Source of the DNA: Prochlorococcus sp. AG-679-M23
Lineage (GTDB): Bacteria > Cyanobacteriota > Cyanobacteriia > PCC-6307 > Cyanobiaceae
Direction: 5' to 3'
DNA: 64,000 bases
Assembly (NCBI GenBank): GCA_003208875.1
Contig: QCUR01000004.1
Coordinates: 64,001 to 128,000 of the forward strand
Shown here: positions 23,489 through 34,690 of the stretch, one piece after another
Position numbering within the stretch: position 1 is the stretch's first letter
How the letters are laid out: every line of letters begins with the position of its first letter
Made by a program: the position numbers and the translations under genes
The notes under the pieces: model-generated
The model's database searches: none
What the model was told of the DNA's origin: nothing
Seen by the model: only the letters and a program-made list of their open reading frames with translations

Positions 23489-24814
23489 TTAGGTGAGTCG
23501 AATCAATGGAATATTTAACTCTGGTATCAAAGATTTCCAATTTATTTTTTCATTTTCAAAGGCTCTTTCAACGATCTTATCAGAGTTTTCTTTTATAAAT
23601 TCCAAATCAGGTTCTGAGACTCCTTTTGTTAAAGCCATGAAATCGGCCAATGAACTTGATACTACTCTTGTTAAATATGCTGCGCTTATTGCTTGGAATG
23701 CCCCAGTTACTAACCAATTTGGGCCATGCAATTTTGTTAAGCCTATTAAAGTCTGACCACTCCATTCAATTACTCCCTGTGCAATTGCAGTCTTGATTAT
23801 TTGTTTTGATACTTTATCCAATATTTCTGGAGACCAATTACATCCCCATATAGACTTAATTTCTTTAATCATTAAGGAATTTAAAACAGTCATTGATAAG
23901 ACATCTATTGATGGAATCGGAGACAAGAAAACAGAAGTAGCCACGATAATTTGATTTCTCCTCTGTAAATCCTTCAACTGCATTCTTCTTATTCCCTCAA
24001 TCTCAGATTGCCAATTCGTATGCAATCTCTTCAAAAGTCTTTTTTTAGTATTTTCAATATTATTATTTGAACTTATAAAAAACTTACGCAAAGAAAAAGG
24101 TATATTTGCAAAGCTATTTTTAGTTTTGTCAAATCTAATTATTCTGTTTGCATATTCTCCTGAAATCTGAGCCTTAACTTCCTCTATTTCATTATTTAAA
24201 TCTAATCCTTTTGTAAATGATGCAACTAACCAAATGGGCATATTATTAGGAAGTTTTTCTAACCACAAAAAATCATTAGCGGATAAAGGTAATTTTAAAA
24301 AATACAAAATAGCATCGCTATTTAAAATTACTTCAGGAACAATTTCAGAAGAATTATATTTTGGAAGTTTTTCCATAAAATTCAATTTAAACTTATCTTC
24401 TTTAAAGTAATTTTTAAATAATGTTGCATTCGACTCAAAATTCTTCTGCCCAATACAATAAATCTCCTCTTTTTTCTCTCTATTTAGTATTAATTCAAGA
24501 GCTTTTTTTCTATTAATATTTTGTTTTTCTAAATTATTATGTAATTCAATTTCCTCGAAGAAATCTAAATCTTCATTACAAAGTTTTATCCAACCATCTA
24601 AGTCCTTTGGCTCATTAAATTTTGGCTTTTCACTCTTTAAGTAAAAATATCCCCCAAAACATAAAATAAAAAAGCCTATTGAACCTCCTGCAAAATTTAT
24701 TAAATCACTTAAAAACCATTCTCCAAAACCTAAAAAAAGTAGAATTATGAATATATTTTTTTTGGGGAACTTTATTAAATCTTTAAAAAAGTTTTCTTTA
24801 CTAATATCAAACAC
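23489..24814 (-). CDS. YcjF / DUF697 family membrane protein
   Basis: Two N-terminal TM segments; C-terminal SPIPSIDVL...QAISAAYLTR; GTG start. Confidence 0.7.
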   Translation of the reverse strand: MFDISKENFFKDLIKFPKKNIFIILLFLGFGEWFLSDLINFAGGSIGFFILCFGGYFYLKSEKPKFNEPKDLDGWIKLCNEDLDFFEEIELHNNLEKQNINRKKALELILNREKKEEIYCIGQKNFESNATLFKNYFKEDKFKLNFMEKLPKYNSSEIVPEVILNSDAILYFLKLPLSANDFLWLEKLPNNMPIWLVASFTKGLDLNNEIEEVKAQISGEYANRIIRFDKTKNSFANIPFSLRKFFISSNNNIENTKKRLLKRLHTNWQSEIEGIRRMQLKDLQRRNQIIVATSVFLSPIPSIDVLSMTVLNSLMIKEIKSIWGCNWSPEILDKVSKQIIKTAIAQGVIEWSGQTLIGLTKLHGPNWLVTGAFQAISAAYLTRVVSSSLADFMALTKGVSEPDLEFIKENSDKIVERAFENEKINWKSLIPELNIPLIRLT

Positions 24815-24826
24815 AATAATTTAATA

Positions 24827-24836
24827 TCCTTCTCCT
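24827..24836 (-). promoter_or_regulatory. Shine-Dalgarno-like site for the DUF697 gene
   Basis: AGGAGAAGGA ending 12 nt upstream of GTG 24814. Confidence 0.45.
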
Positions 24837-24985
24837 TTTACTTTAGTGCAAGTTGTGAATGAAAAAAAGAAAGATTACATAACTCTTCAATTATGGATAA
24901 AATTTTAAAAGTTCAATTTAAGACTTCTTGCATAACTAGGTGGTAAGTTAATAGACTGTTTAAATAAAAAAAAGGAATCTCTAAG

Positions 24986-25450
24986 ATGTCAAATTCCAAT
25001 TACGACAATAATTATGGTCAAGAGAACTACAGAAGCCGTGGTAATAATGATAGATCTAGCTATAGGAACAGATCTGGAGGAAATAGAGATGGAGGAGGAT
25101 TTCGAATAAGATTAAGTGATAATGAAATGAAAGCTGTTAGATCAATACAGGAGGCTTTTCAACTCAAGTCGACAGTCGCAGTTTTAGGATTTTCAGTTAG
25201 AACACTTAGCGAAATGATTGAAGATAAAGATTTAATGGAATCGATAACAAAATTTGCGAGAAATAACAAAAACACATCGTTATCGGGTAAGGCGACAGCT
25301 TCTGAAAAAAGAAGTGAAAAAGTAGTTCCTGATCCTTTTGCAAGGCCAGTTAAAAATACACCTAGTGAACAGACTCAACCTAACAAAGAAGAACTTAAAC
25401 AAGAAATCAAAGAAATCAAAAAAGAACAAGAAGAAGTGGATGACAAATAA
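24986..25450 (+). CDS. Hypothetical protein, possible ribbon-helix-helix core with low-complexity termini
   Basis: N/R/G-rich N-terminus, FRIRLSDNEMKAVRSIQEAF core, acidic C-terminus; overlaps trpS start. Confidence 0.75.
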   Translation: MSNSNYDNNYGQENYRSRGNNDRSSYRNRSGGNRDGGGFRIRLSDNEMKAVRSIQEAFQLKSTVAVLGFSVRTLSEMIEDKDLMESITKFARNNKNTSLSGKATASEKRSEKVVPDPFARPVKNTPSEQTQPNKEELKQEIKEIKKEQEEVDDK

Positions 25451-26456
25451 AAAAAGGATTCTTTCTGGAGTTCAACCTACAGGAGATTTACATATTGGTA
25501 ACTGGCTTGGAGCTATAAACAATTGGGTTGAACTCCAAGAGAAGCATGAAACATTCCTTTGTGTAGTTGATTTACATGCAATTACTACAGAATACGACCC
25601 CAAACAACTTTCTAAAAATACACTTTCCACTGCAGCTTTATATATTGCTTGTGGTATAAATCCTAAAATTTGTTCTATTTTTGTTCAAAGCCAGATATCT
25701 GCACATTCAGAACTTTGTTGGATATTAAATTGCATGACTCCTATAAATTGGATGGAAAGAATGATCCAATTCAAGGAAAAATCTGTTCAACAAGGAAATA
25801 ATGTTTCTATTGGATTATTTGATTATCCAATCTTAATGGCTGCGGATATTTTATTATATGATGCTGATTATGTTCCAGTAGGGGAAGATCAAAAACAACA
25901 CTTAGAACTTGCGAGAGATATTGCACAACAGAGAATTAATGCCAAATTTAGTAAGGAAGAAAACATATTAAAAATTCCTCAGCCAATAATTATGAAAAAA
26001 GGTTCAAAGATAATGAGCTTAAATGATGGATCTAAAAAAATGAGCAAAAGTGACATTAACGAGGGTAGTAGAATAAATTTATTAGATACTCCTGAAATAA
26101 TTACAAAAAAAATAAAAAGAGCTAAAAGTGATAGTTATATGGGAATGGAATTTAATAACCCCGAGAGGCCTGAATCCAGAAATCTTTTAATGATTTATTC
26201 TTTATTAAGTGGTAAAGAAGTTTCTGAATTAGAGAGAAATTTATCTCAAACTGGATGGGGGACATTTAAAAAAATATTTACAGAACAAATAATAGAATCG
26301 CTTAAACCTATTCAAGAACGATATCAGGTTCTGATAAACGATCCACATGAGTTAAATAAGATACTTATACAAGGTAAAGAGCAAGCTGAAGCAGTGGCAA
26401 ATAAAACCCTTAGTAGAGTTAAATCTGAATTAGGATTCTTTGAAATAGAGAAATAA
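25440..26456 (+). CDS. trpS: Tryptophan--tRNA ligase
   Basis: Start re-placed at MTNKKRILSGVQPTG (25440); HIGN, VPVGEDQKQH, KMSKS. Confidence 0.97.
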   Translation: MTNKKRILSGVQPTGDLHIGNWLGAINNWVELQEKHETFLCVVDLHAITTEYDPKQLSKNTLSTAALYIACGINPKICSIFVQSQISAHSELCWILNCMTPINWMERMIQFKEKSVQQGNNVSIGLFDYPILMAADILLYDADYVPVGEDQKQHLELARDIAQQRINAKFSKEENILKIPQPIIMKKGSKIMSLNDGSKKMSKSDINEGSRINLLDTPEIITKKIKRAKSDSYMGMEFNNPERPESRNLLMIYSLLSGKEVSELERNLSQTGWGTFKKIFTEQIIESLKPIQERYQVLINDPHELNKILIQGKEQAEAVANKTLSRVKSELGFFEIEK

Positions 26457-26459
26457 ATT

Positions 26460-28376
26460 ATGCCAGAAATAACATTGCCAGATGGATCTAAAAAAGTATT
26501 TGAAAAACCGGTAACGATTAAAGAAATAGCTCAGAGTATTGGAACCGGCTTAGCCAAAGCAACAATTGCGGGAAAAGTAAATGATGTTCTTTTTGATGCA
26601 ACACTTCCCATAGATAATGATTCTAAAGTGGTAATTATTACATCCCGTGATAAAGAAGGTATTGAGATAATTAGACATTCCTTTGCTCATTTGATTGGTC
26701 ATGCCGTTAAACAACTTTATCCAAATATAAAAATGGCAATTGGTCCGGTAATTGATAATGGCTTTTATTATGATATTTTTTCGGAATATAGATTTACGCC
26801 TGAGGATTTAATAAAAATAGAAAATAGAATTAATAACTTAATTAAAAAAAATTATGATGTTGAGATTTTACAAGTTACCAAAAAAGAAGCAATTAAAACT
26901 TTTCAAGAAAGAGATGAAACTTTTAAATTAAGAATAATTGAAGAAATTCCTGATGAAGGTCTCATCAATTTATATAAACACGAAGAATATATTGATATGT
27001 GCAGGGGTCCTCATGTTCCAAATACAAGCCACCTTAGACATTTTAAATTATTAAAGTTATCTGGTTCATATTGGAGAGGTAATAGTGAAAATGAATCATT
27101 ACAGAGAATATATGGAACTGCTTGGGCTAAAGAGAAAGAACTCAATGATTACTTAACAAGAATCGAAGAGGCCGAAAAAAGAGATCATAGAAAACTTGGG
27201 AAAAAGCATTCACTCTTTCACATACAAGAAGAATCTCCAGGTATGATTTTTTGGCATCCAAATGGATGGACAATCTACCAAGTTCTTGAAAAATATGTAA
27301 GAGAAATACTTAATAAAAATGATTATCTAGAAATTAAAACCCCTCAAGCTGTTGATAAATCTCTTTGGGAAAAATCAGGTCATTGGGATAAATTCAGAGA
27401 AGATATGTTCACTACGGCATCAGAAAATAGAACTTATGCCATAAAACCAATGAATTGTCCTTGCCATATTCAAGTATTTAATCAAGGTTTAAAAAGTTAT
27501 AAAGATTTACCTATTCGCCTTGCTGAATTTGGTTCTTGTCATAGAAATGAACCCTCTGGTGCATTGCACGGTTTAATGAGAGTTAGAAATTTCACTCAGG
27601 ACGACGCACACATTTTCTGTACAGAAGAACAAATACAAGCTGAAGTGTCTACTTTCATTGATCTTGTTTTCGAGGTTTATAAAACTTTTGGTTTTGATGA
27701 AATTATTATCAAATTATCAACCCGTCCTGAGAAAAGGGTGGGTAGTGAAAATATTTGGGATAAATCAGAAGAGGCACTTATTAAGGCTCTTGATAATAAA
27801 AGTCTTAAATGGGAATTACAGCCTGGAGAAGGAGCTTTTTATGGTCCAAAAATAGAATTCTCTTTAAAAGATTGTCTTGATAGAGTTTGGCAATGTGGAA
27901 CAATTCAAGTTGATTTCTCAATGCCTATAAGATTGGATGCAACTTATGTAGATTTAAATAACGAAAAAAGAAATCCAGTAATGCTACACAGGGCAATTTT
28001 GGGATCTTTTGAAAGATTTATAGGAATCTTAATAGAACAATATGAAGCTAAATTTCCAATCTGGCTTGCACCTTATCAAATAATTTTATTGAGTATTACC
28101 GATAGGAATATTGAGAAATGTTTGAAATTTAATCAATTAATAAATAGTAAGGGATATCGTTCGAAAGTTGATATTAGAAATGAAAAAATAGGCTATAAGA
28201 TAAGAGAAGCAACTATTGGAAGAATTCCGTTAATTGCAGTTGTTGGAGATAAAGAGCAACAAGTTGATTCAGTTGCTTTAAGAGCCTTAGATGGAAAAAT
28301 TTTAGGAATTTTTAAGTTAGATGAACTCTATAAATTAATGAATAATTTAATAGAAAAAAAAGGAAGAACAGAATAA
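26460..28376 (+). CDS. thrS: Threonine--tRNA ligase
   Basis: N-terminal TGS domain, [35 protein letters not shown]. Confidence 0.97.
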   Translation: MPEITLPDGSKKVFEKPVTIKEIAQSIGTGLAKATIAGKVNDVLFDATLPIDNDSKVVIITSRDKEGIEIIRHSFAHLIGHAVKQLYPNIKMAIGPVIDNGFYYDIFSEYRFTPEDLIKIENRINNLIKKNYDVEILQVTKKEAIKTFQERDETFKLRIIEEIPDEGLINLYKHEEYIDMCRGPHVPNTSHLRHFKLLKLSGSYWRGNSENESLQRIYGTAWAKEKELNDYLTRIEEAEKRDHRKLGKKHSLFHIQEESPGMIFWHPNGWTIYQVLEKYVREILNKNDYLEIKTPQAVDKSLWEKSGHWDKFREDMFTTASENRTYAIKPMNCPCHIQVFNQGLKSYKDLPIRLAEFGSCHRNEPSGALHGLMRVRNFTQDDAHIFCTEEQIQAEVSTFIDLVFEVYKTFGFDEIIIKLSTRPEKRVGSENIWDKSEEALIKALDNKSLKWELQPGEGAFYGPKIEFSLKDCLDRVWQCGTIQVDFSMPIRLDATYVDLNNEKRNPVMLHRAILGSFERFIGILIEQYEAKFPIWLAPYQIILLSITDRNIEKCLKFNQLINSKGYRSKVDIRNEKIGYKIREATIGRIPLIAVVGDKEQQVDSVALRALDGKILGIFKLDELYKLMNNLIEKKGRTE

Positions 28377-28385
28377 TTTTCACAG

Positions 28386-29423
28386 ATGAATTTTCTTGCT
28401 TGTGATCTAGGAGGTACAAAAGTTCTTTTAGGAATTTTCAAAAAGGAAGTTAATACTTGTACTCCAAATCTAATTTTTAAAAAAAAATATTTATCTTGTG
28501 AGTGGGATTCAATAGACACAATTTTAGAAGATTTCTTAAAAAATGAATGCAAAAACATTAATCATCCTTTTTCTGCTTGTTTTGCGGTAGCAGGTCCCAT
28601 ATCTAATAACAATGCTAAAATTATTAATTTATCGTGGAATATTTCTGGCGATGAATTAAAAAAGAAATTTAAATTTAAAAATTGCGAGCTAGTAAATGAT
28701 TTTGCAGTGCAAATTTATGGAATACCTTTTTTGAAAAAAAGTCAATATTCGGCTATTCAAAATGGAGACCGGTCAGTAGGCGTCAATAAAGATTTACATG
28801 CAATCGTCGGAGCAGGAACTGGTCTAGGCATTGCAAAAGGCATAATATCTGGAAATAAAGTAAAAGTTTTAGCAAGCGAAGGTGGTCATGTTGAATTCTC
28901 GCCAAAGTCAGAATTAGAATGGGAATTAAAGAATTGGCTCAAATATTCTTTAAAGGTTGAAAGAATATCTTGCGAAAGAATCATAAGTGGGACTGGGTTA
29001 TCAAGAATAGCTGAGTGGAGACTTAGCAAACCTGATGCCAAAAACCATCCTCTACAAAAATACTTAAAAGAATTAAAAACTTCTGATAATTTGAGAAAAG
29101 AACTTCCTCAAGAAATTTGTAATCTGTCGAATCTAGGGGATAAGATAATGATTCAAGTGGAGAGAATATGGTTAGATGCTTACGCCTCATTATTGGGTGA
29201 CGTTGCTCTTCAAGAATTATGTTTTGGAGGGTTATGGATTTCTGGAGGAACCGCTCCAAAACATTTCATAAATTTTAAATCAGGTTTATTTATGAAACAA
29301 TTTTCAGATAAAGGAAGATTAAAAGATATTCTTAAAAATATACCTGTGAACGTAATCTTAGATGAAGAGTTTGGATTATTTAGCGCAGCCTGCAGAGCAA
29401 AAATGCTTTCACAAATAGAATAA
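28386..29423 (+). CDS. glk: Glucokinase
   Basis: CDLGGTK, VAGP, LVNDF, GAGTGLG, SEGGH. Confidence 0.93.
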   Translation: MNFLACDLGGTKVLLGIFKKEVNTCTPNLIFKKKYLSCEWDSIDTILEDFLKNECKNINHPFSACFAVAGPISNNNAKIINLSWNISGDELKKKFKFKNCELVNDFAVQIYGIPFLKKSQYSAIQNGDRSVGVNKDLHAIVGAGTGLGIAKGIISGNKVKVLASEGGHVEFSPKSELEWELKNWLKYSLKVERISCERIISGTGLSRIAEWRLSKPDAKNHPLQKYLKELKTSDNLRKELPQEICNLSNLGDKIMIQVERIWLDAYASLLGDVALQELCFGGLWISGGTAPKHFINFKSGLFMKQFSDKGRLKDILKNIPVNVILDEEFGLFSAACRAKMLSQIE

Positions 29424-29430
29424 TTTTCAT

Positions 29431-30378
29431 ATGTCTTCTCCAGAAGTAGGAAAAAAAATTATAGTAACAGTTCCTTCTACAACTGCTAATTTAGGTCCTG
29501 GATTCGACTGTCTAGGTGCAGCATTAGATTTATATAACGAATTTATATTTACAAGAATAGATGGAGGGGGAGATCGATTTGATTTGATAATGGAAAGTAC
29601 TGATGGTAATCATTTAAGAGGAGGCCCAGAAAATTTAGTTTTTAGGGCTGCGCAGAAAGTATGGGAAAGTGCCAATATCAAACCTTTCGCCCTTGAAGCT
29701 AGAGTTAAATTAGCAGTTCCCCCTGCTCGCGGACTAGGGAGTAGTGCCACAGCAATAGTTGCAGGACTAATCGGAGCAAATGCGATTATGAACTCCCCTT
29801 TACCTAAAGAAAAACTTTTAGAACTTGCAATTGATATTGAAGGTCATCCTGATAATGTAGTTCCATCTCTTTTGGGGGGGCTATGTTTAACTGCCAGGTC
29901 ATCTTCTCAGAGATGGAGAATTATTAGATGTGACTGGCACGATTCCATTAAAACTGTAGTTGCAATACCTGCTATACGTCTAAGTACAAGTGAAGCAAGG
30001 AGAGTAATGCCGAAGAATGTACCTATTTCTGATGCTGTAACAAATATGGGGGCACTTACTTTATTACTAAACGGCTTAAAAACAGGTAATGATGAATTAA
30101 TAAAAGAGGGCATGTTTGACAAATTACATGAACCATATCGATGGAAGCTTATTAAAGGTGGATTGGAAGTTAAAGATGCAGCACTACAAGCTGGCGCTTT
30201 GGGCTGTGCAATTAGTGGGGCAGGACCAAGTATATTAGCTTTGTGTAAAAAGGATAATGGTAGAGAAGTCAGTCAAGCCATGGTAAAAGCTTGGGAAAAC
30301 TCAGGCGTAGCAAGTAGAGCGCCATATTTGAACGTCCAAACTACAGGCAGTCAATTCAGAGACATCTCTGGTAAGTAG
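29431..30378 (+). CDS. thrB: Homoserine kinase
   Basis: TANLGPGFD, PPARGLGSSA, EGHPDN, ISGAGPS. Confidence 0.96.
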   Translation: MSSPEVGKKIIVTVPSTTANLGPGFDCLGAALDLYNEFIFTRIDGGGDRFDLIMESTDGNHLRGGPENLVFRAAQKVWESANIKPFALEARVKLAVPPARGLGSSATAIVAGLIGANAIMNSPLPKEKLLELAIDIEGHPDNVVPSLLGGLCLTARSSSQRWRIIRCDWHDSIKTVVAIPAIRLSTSEARRVMPKNVPISDAVTNMGALTLLLNGLKTGNDELIKEGMFDKLHEPYRWKLIKGGLEVKDAALQAGALGCAISGAGPSILALCKKDNGREVSQAMVKAWENSGVASRAPYLNVQTTGSQFRDISGK

Positions 30379-30456
30379 TTTTACTTAGGCGTTTTTAATG
30401 TTATAGTCTCAAGCTAGAACAACTTCAACTAGAATAAAAAAATTATTCATTATTCT

Positions 30457-32007
30457 ATGAATTTAGAATCTTTTCCTTTGCTATCCTCTATTGTTTTATT
30501 ACCCTTAATTGGGGCATTAATAATGCCTTTCTTAAGTTCTAAGGAAGGAGAAGATAATACACTCCCAAGAAATATCTCATTAAGTTTTTTATTTATAGAT
30601 TTTCTTCTCATAATTGGAGTACTTTTCCAAAAATTTGATACAACAAATAGCTCATTACAACTTGTTGAAAGATTAACTTGGCTACCCTCAATAGGCCTAG
30701 AATGGTCTCTTGGCATAGATGGACTATCAGCGCCACTAGTAGCTTTGAGCGGATTAATTACCTTTTTATCAGCTGCAGCTAGTTGGAAAATAAAGAAAAA
30801 ATCTAATTTATATTTTGCTCTTTTACTAATTCAGGCCTCAGCTCAAGCACTAGTTTTCCTTTCTCAAGATTTCTTACTGTTTTTCTTAGCTTGGGAATTA
30901 GAATTGGTTCCTGTTTATCTTCTTATTGCTATTTGGGGAGGCAAGAAAAAATTATACGCAGCTACAAAATTTATTCTTTATACAGCATTAGCATCATTAC
31001 TAATACTTATAAGCGGACTTGCACTTGCGTTGAGTGGTGATACATTTACCCTAAATCTTACCGAAATAACAAATAAACAGGTTACAGGTAGTCTTGCATT
31101 ATTATCTTATCTAGGTTTTCTAATAGGTTTTGGTGTTAAACTTCCCATCTTCCCATTGCATACTTGGTTACCTGATGCTCATGGGGAAGCTAATGCTCCA
31201 GTATCAATGTTACTAGCGGGAATCCTTTTAAAGATGGGGGGATATGCTCTTTTAAGATTCAATGTACAAATATTACCCGAAGTGCATCTACAACTTGCAC
31301 CTGCTTTAATTATTCTTGGAATTATCAATATAATCTATGGGGCCTTAAATGCATTTGCTCAAGATAACGTGAAAAGAAGAATCGCATGTAGTTCAGTAAG
31401 TCATATGGGTTTTGTTCTTCTGGGTATTGGAGCAGTTGATGCGTTAGGTATAAGCGGAGCAATGCTACAAATGATAAGTCACGGACTAATAGCGGCGGCA
31501 ATGTTCTTCGTCACAGGCTCCTTCTATGAGAGAACAAATACTCTGTCAATTCCAAACATGGGTGGCTTAGCAAAGGTCTTACCAATAACATTTGCTTTTT
31601 TCTTGGCGAGTTCACTAGCGTCTCTGGCCTTACCAGGAATGAGTGGATTTATAAGCGAAATCACCGTTTTTTTAGGAATCACAAGTCAAGAAGGTTTTAG
31701 CTCTCTTTTCAGATCAATCACAATTCTTATAGCGGCAATTGGTCTTGTCCTAACGCCCATATATCTTCTTTCGATGTGTAGAAGAGTATTTTTCGGACCT
31801 AGAATTCCTGCGCTAGCTACCGTAAAAGAGATGAATGGTAGAGAATTGACAATCGGGTTCAGTTTATTATTGCCTACTTTAGTAATAGGTTTTTGGCCAA
31901 AAATTGCTATAAATTTATATGAATCTTCAACAAATGCTCTCAGTCAACAACTAACTTTAGCTAAATTAATTGGGTTCATCTCAAATATTAGTCAATTTAA
32001 TCTTTGA
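30457..32007 (+). CDS. ndhD: NAD(P)H-quinone oxidoreductase (NDH-1) subunit 4
   Basis: Highly hydrophobic; [30 protein letters not shown]. Confidence 0.93.
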   Translation: MNLESFPLLSSIVLLPLIGALIMPFLSSKEGEDNTLPRNISLSFLFIDFLLIIGVLFQKFDTTNSSLQLVERLTWLPSIGLEWSLGIDGLSAPLVALSGLITFLSAAASWKIKKKSNLYFALLLIQASAQALVFLSQDFLLFFLAWELELVPVYLLIAIWGGKKKLYAATKFILYTALASLLILISGLALALSGDTFTLNLTEITNKQVTGSLALLSYLGFLIGFGVKLPIFPLHTWLPDAHGEANAPVSMLLAGILLKMGGYALLRFNVQILPEVHLQLAPALIILGIINIIYGALNAFAQDNVKRRIACSSVSHMGFVLLGIGAVDALGISGAMLQMISHGLIAAAMFFVTGSFYERTNTLSIPNMGGLAKVLPITFAFFLASSLASLALPGMSGFISEITVFLGITSQEGFSSLFRSITILIAAIGLVLTPIYLLSMCRRVFFGPRIPALATVKEMNGRELTIGFSLLLPTLVIGFWPKIAINLYESSTNALSQQLTLAKLIGFISNISQFNL

Positions 32008-32011
32008 TAAA

Positions 32012-34099
32012 ATGGAAACTTCAATTTTTAATTACGGAGAATTACCAGATTTTAACAAATTTTCTTCAGATAGAATTAATCAAGAATTTCCAAGCGTAAT
32101 AGAAAAGATAAATCTAGATTTCAAAAAAATTGAAAAATTTTTATCTAATTACTTAGAACAAGAAAATCTAGAGTGGGACAAAGTAATTAATCCTTTAAAT
32201 GAAGTAAATGAGATTCTAAGGTGGAGTTGGGGAGTTATAAGTCATCTTAATGGAGTAAAAAATTCTGAAAGCCTAAGAGAAATTTACTCAAAGTTTCTAC
32301 CTGAAATTATTAATTTAAGTAATAATTTTGGACAAAGTAAAATTATTTATAATGCTCTTTTAAAGCTTAAAAAAACAAATAATTTTGATGAAATCAAAAA
32401 TAGAATTCTAGATAAAGAAATTCTCGAAATGGAACATAGAGGTATTTCATTAAATAAAGACACCCAGAAAGAATTCAATGTTATTTCTGAAAAGCTTGGA
32501 AAACTTTCTACAAATTTCAGCAATAATGTTTTAGATGCCACTAATTCTTGGTCATTAATCCTGAATGATAAATCTCAAATAGATGGAGTCCCAGAAAGGG
32601 TTTTAGAACTAATGTCAATATCAGCTCACAAATATTTAAATAAAGAAGGAGAAGCTGATGCAAAAAATGGGCCATGGAGATTAACTTTAGATATTCCGAC
32701 CTATACCGCGTTTATGACATATGCCAATGACCGTAATCTCAGGGAAAAATTATATAAAGCTTTTGTAAGCAGAGCCTCTCATGGAGAAAAAAATAACTCT
32801 CAAATAATTGAAGAAATTCTATCTCTTAGGACTAAACAGGCTAAACTTCTTGGTTATGAAAGCTGGGCAGAATTAAGCCTTTCAACAAAAATGGCAAAGG
32901 AAATTAATAATGTTGAAAAACTTTTAGAGGAGATTAGAAAGCCTGCCTTTAAAACAGCCAAAAATGAATTAGTTAGACTTAATAAGTTTTCAAAAGATAA
33001 TGGATTCCCTAACTCTGAAAATCTTCAATCATGGGACATTAGCTATTGGTCGGAGCTTCTGAGAAAGAAAAAACTTAATTTAGATCAAGAATCACTTAGA
33101 CCTTGGTTCCCTCTGAATGATGTTTTAAAAGGTCTTTTTAAACTTAGTGAAAAGCTCTTCGACATTAAAGTAATTGAAGCCATAAATGAAGCTCCTATAT
33201 GGAATGATGACGTTTTGTTTTTTAATATCCTAAATAAAGATGATGAAAAAATAGCTTCATTTTATCTGGACCCCTACTCTCGTCCCGAGTCAAAGAGGGG
33301 GGGTGCCTGGATGGACGAATGCCTTAACAAAAACAATATTGGTAAAATTACACTACCTGTTGCTTATTTAGTTTGTAATCAAACCCCGCCATCCAAAGAC
33401 AAACCAAGTTTGATGAGTTTTGATGAAGTTCAAACCTTGTTCCATGAATTTGGTCATGGTCTTCAACATATGCTTACCACAGTAAATCTTCCACAAGCAG
33501 CCGGTATTAATAATGTAGAATGGGATGCTGTTGAACTTCCAAGTCAATTTATGGAAAACTGGTGTTTTCACAAAAGCACTTTATTAAATATTGCGAAACA
33601 CTATAAAACAGGGGAGAAACTATCTGATGAGAATTTCGAAAAATTAGTTAAGAATAGAACTTTTAATTGCGGGATGGCTACTCTAAGACAACTACATTTT
33701 GCAATTACAGATATAAGATTGCATAGCAATATTTATAGTAATCAGGGTAAAAATGCTGATGAGATAAGAAAAGAAATTGCCAGAAATACAACGGTAATCG
33801 AACCTATTCGAGAAGATAAGTTCCTTTGTTGCTTTAGCCACATATTTGCAGGAGGTTATTCAGCTGGATATTATTCTTATAAATGGGCAGAGGTTTTAAG
33901 CGCAGATGCTTTTTCTATGTTTGAAGAGGCTGATTTAGAAAATAATCAAAATATAAAAGTCATAGGTAAAAAATTCAAGGATACTATTTTAAGTCTTGGT
34001 GGAAGTTTCTCTCCTTTAGAGGTATTTAAATTATTTAGAGGGAGAGAACCAAAAACCGAATCTTTGATAAGACACTTAGGTCTATCATCTGTTAATTAA
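32012..34099 (+). CDS. prlC: Oligopeptidase A (M3 family)
   Basis: Start re-placed at METSIF (32012); HEFGH, WDAVELPSQFMENW, GGYSAGYYSY. Confidence 0.94.
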   Translation: METSIFNYGELPDFNKFSSDRINQEFPSVIEKINLDFKKIEKFLSNYLEQENLEWDKVINPLNEVNEILRWSWGVISHLNGVKNSESLREIYSKFLPEIINLSNNFGQSKIIYNALLKLKKTNNFDEIKNRILDKEILEMEHRGISLNKDTQKEFNVISEKLGKLSTNFSNNVLDATNSWSLILNDKSQIDGVPERVLELMSISAHKYLNKEGEADAKNGPWRLTLDIPTYTAFMTYANDRNLREKLYKAFVSRASHGEKNNSQIIEEILSLRTKQAKLLGYESWAELSLSTKMAKEINNVEKLLEEIRKPAFKTAKNELVRLNKFSKDNGFPNSENLQSWDISYWSELLRKKKLNLDQESLRPWFPLNDVLKGLFKLSEKLFDIKVIEAINEAPIWNDDVLFFNILNKDDEKIASFYLDPYSRPESKRGGAWMDECLNKNNIGKITLPVAYLVCNQTPPSKDKPSLMSFDEVQTLFHEFGHGLQHMLTTVNLPQAAGINNVEWDAVELPSQFMENWCFHKSTLLNIAKHYKTGEKLSDENFEKLVKNRTFNCGMATLRQLHFAITDIRLHSNIYSNQGKNADEIRKEIARNTTVIEPIREDKFLCCFSHIFAGGYSAGYYSYKWAEVLSADAFSMFEEADLENNQNIKVIGKKFKDTILSLGGSFSPLEVFKLFRGREPKTESLIRHLGLSSVN

Positions 34100-34679
34100 G
34101 AAGTCTGTCGATAATTTTATCAACAGCATCTGGATTTCTTATCAAATTTTTATGTTTATAGATCTTTAATGATATTTTCTCACCCGAATTCAAACAAGCT
34201 CTCCATCCAGGGAAAACCATAAGATCCCAATAAGTAAAAAAACTAATACAATTTATTCCATTAAGAAGATAATCGTATTTAGAAAGCTCTCTTAATAAAA
34301 GACTATTTATTTTCATCTCAGATATTCCTTTAAAGGGATATTTAGGAATTAATTGGGATGCAAGAGTTCCATTATGTGGCGACCCAATAGTTATAAATCT
34401 TCGCGTTCTTTTATAACCATTCAATTTTTTAATCCAATATCTACCAATTATTCCACCCATCGAAAATCCCAAAATATCAAGCTCTTCTTCATAACCATAT
34501 TTTTCTAAAATCAAATAATTTAATAAATTAGTTAATTCAACAATAGATGTCATTCCATATTCGTGTTTTAATGTTGGGGCAAAATATTCAATTCCAATTT
34601 CATCAAGTTTAGAAGTTATAGAAGAGAAAATATCTGCTGTATTCCAGAGTCCATGAATTAATATTATGGGATTTCTCAT
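34092..34679 (-). CDS. Lipase/esterase alpha/beta hydrolase
   Basis: LIHGLW, GFSMGG, GSPHNG. Confidence 0.85.
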   Translation of the reverse strand: MRNPIILIHGLWNTADIFSSITSKLDEIGIEYFAPTLKHEYGMTSIVELTNLLNYLILEKYGYEEELDILGFSMGGIIGRYWIKKLNGYKRTRRFITIGSPHNGTLASQLIPKYPFKGISEMKINSLLLRELSKYDYLLNGINCISFFTYWDLMVFPGWRACLNSGEKISLKIYKHKNLIRNPDAVDKIIDRLLN

Positions 34680-34690
34680 TGAAAATACCG

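Noticed and set aside
23454..23540. Extended N-terminus of the metal-binding protein
   Set aside because: The lipoprotein signal begins at 23453; the extension overlaps the upstream gene.
25338..25439. Lys-rich N-terminal extension of TrpRS
   Set aside because: Alternative-frame reading of the upstream gene's A-rich tail; the family start is ATG 25440.
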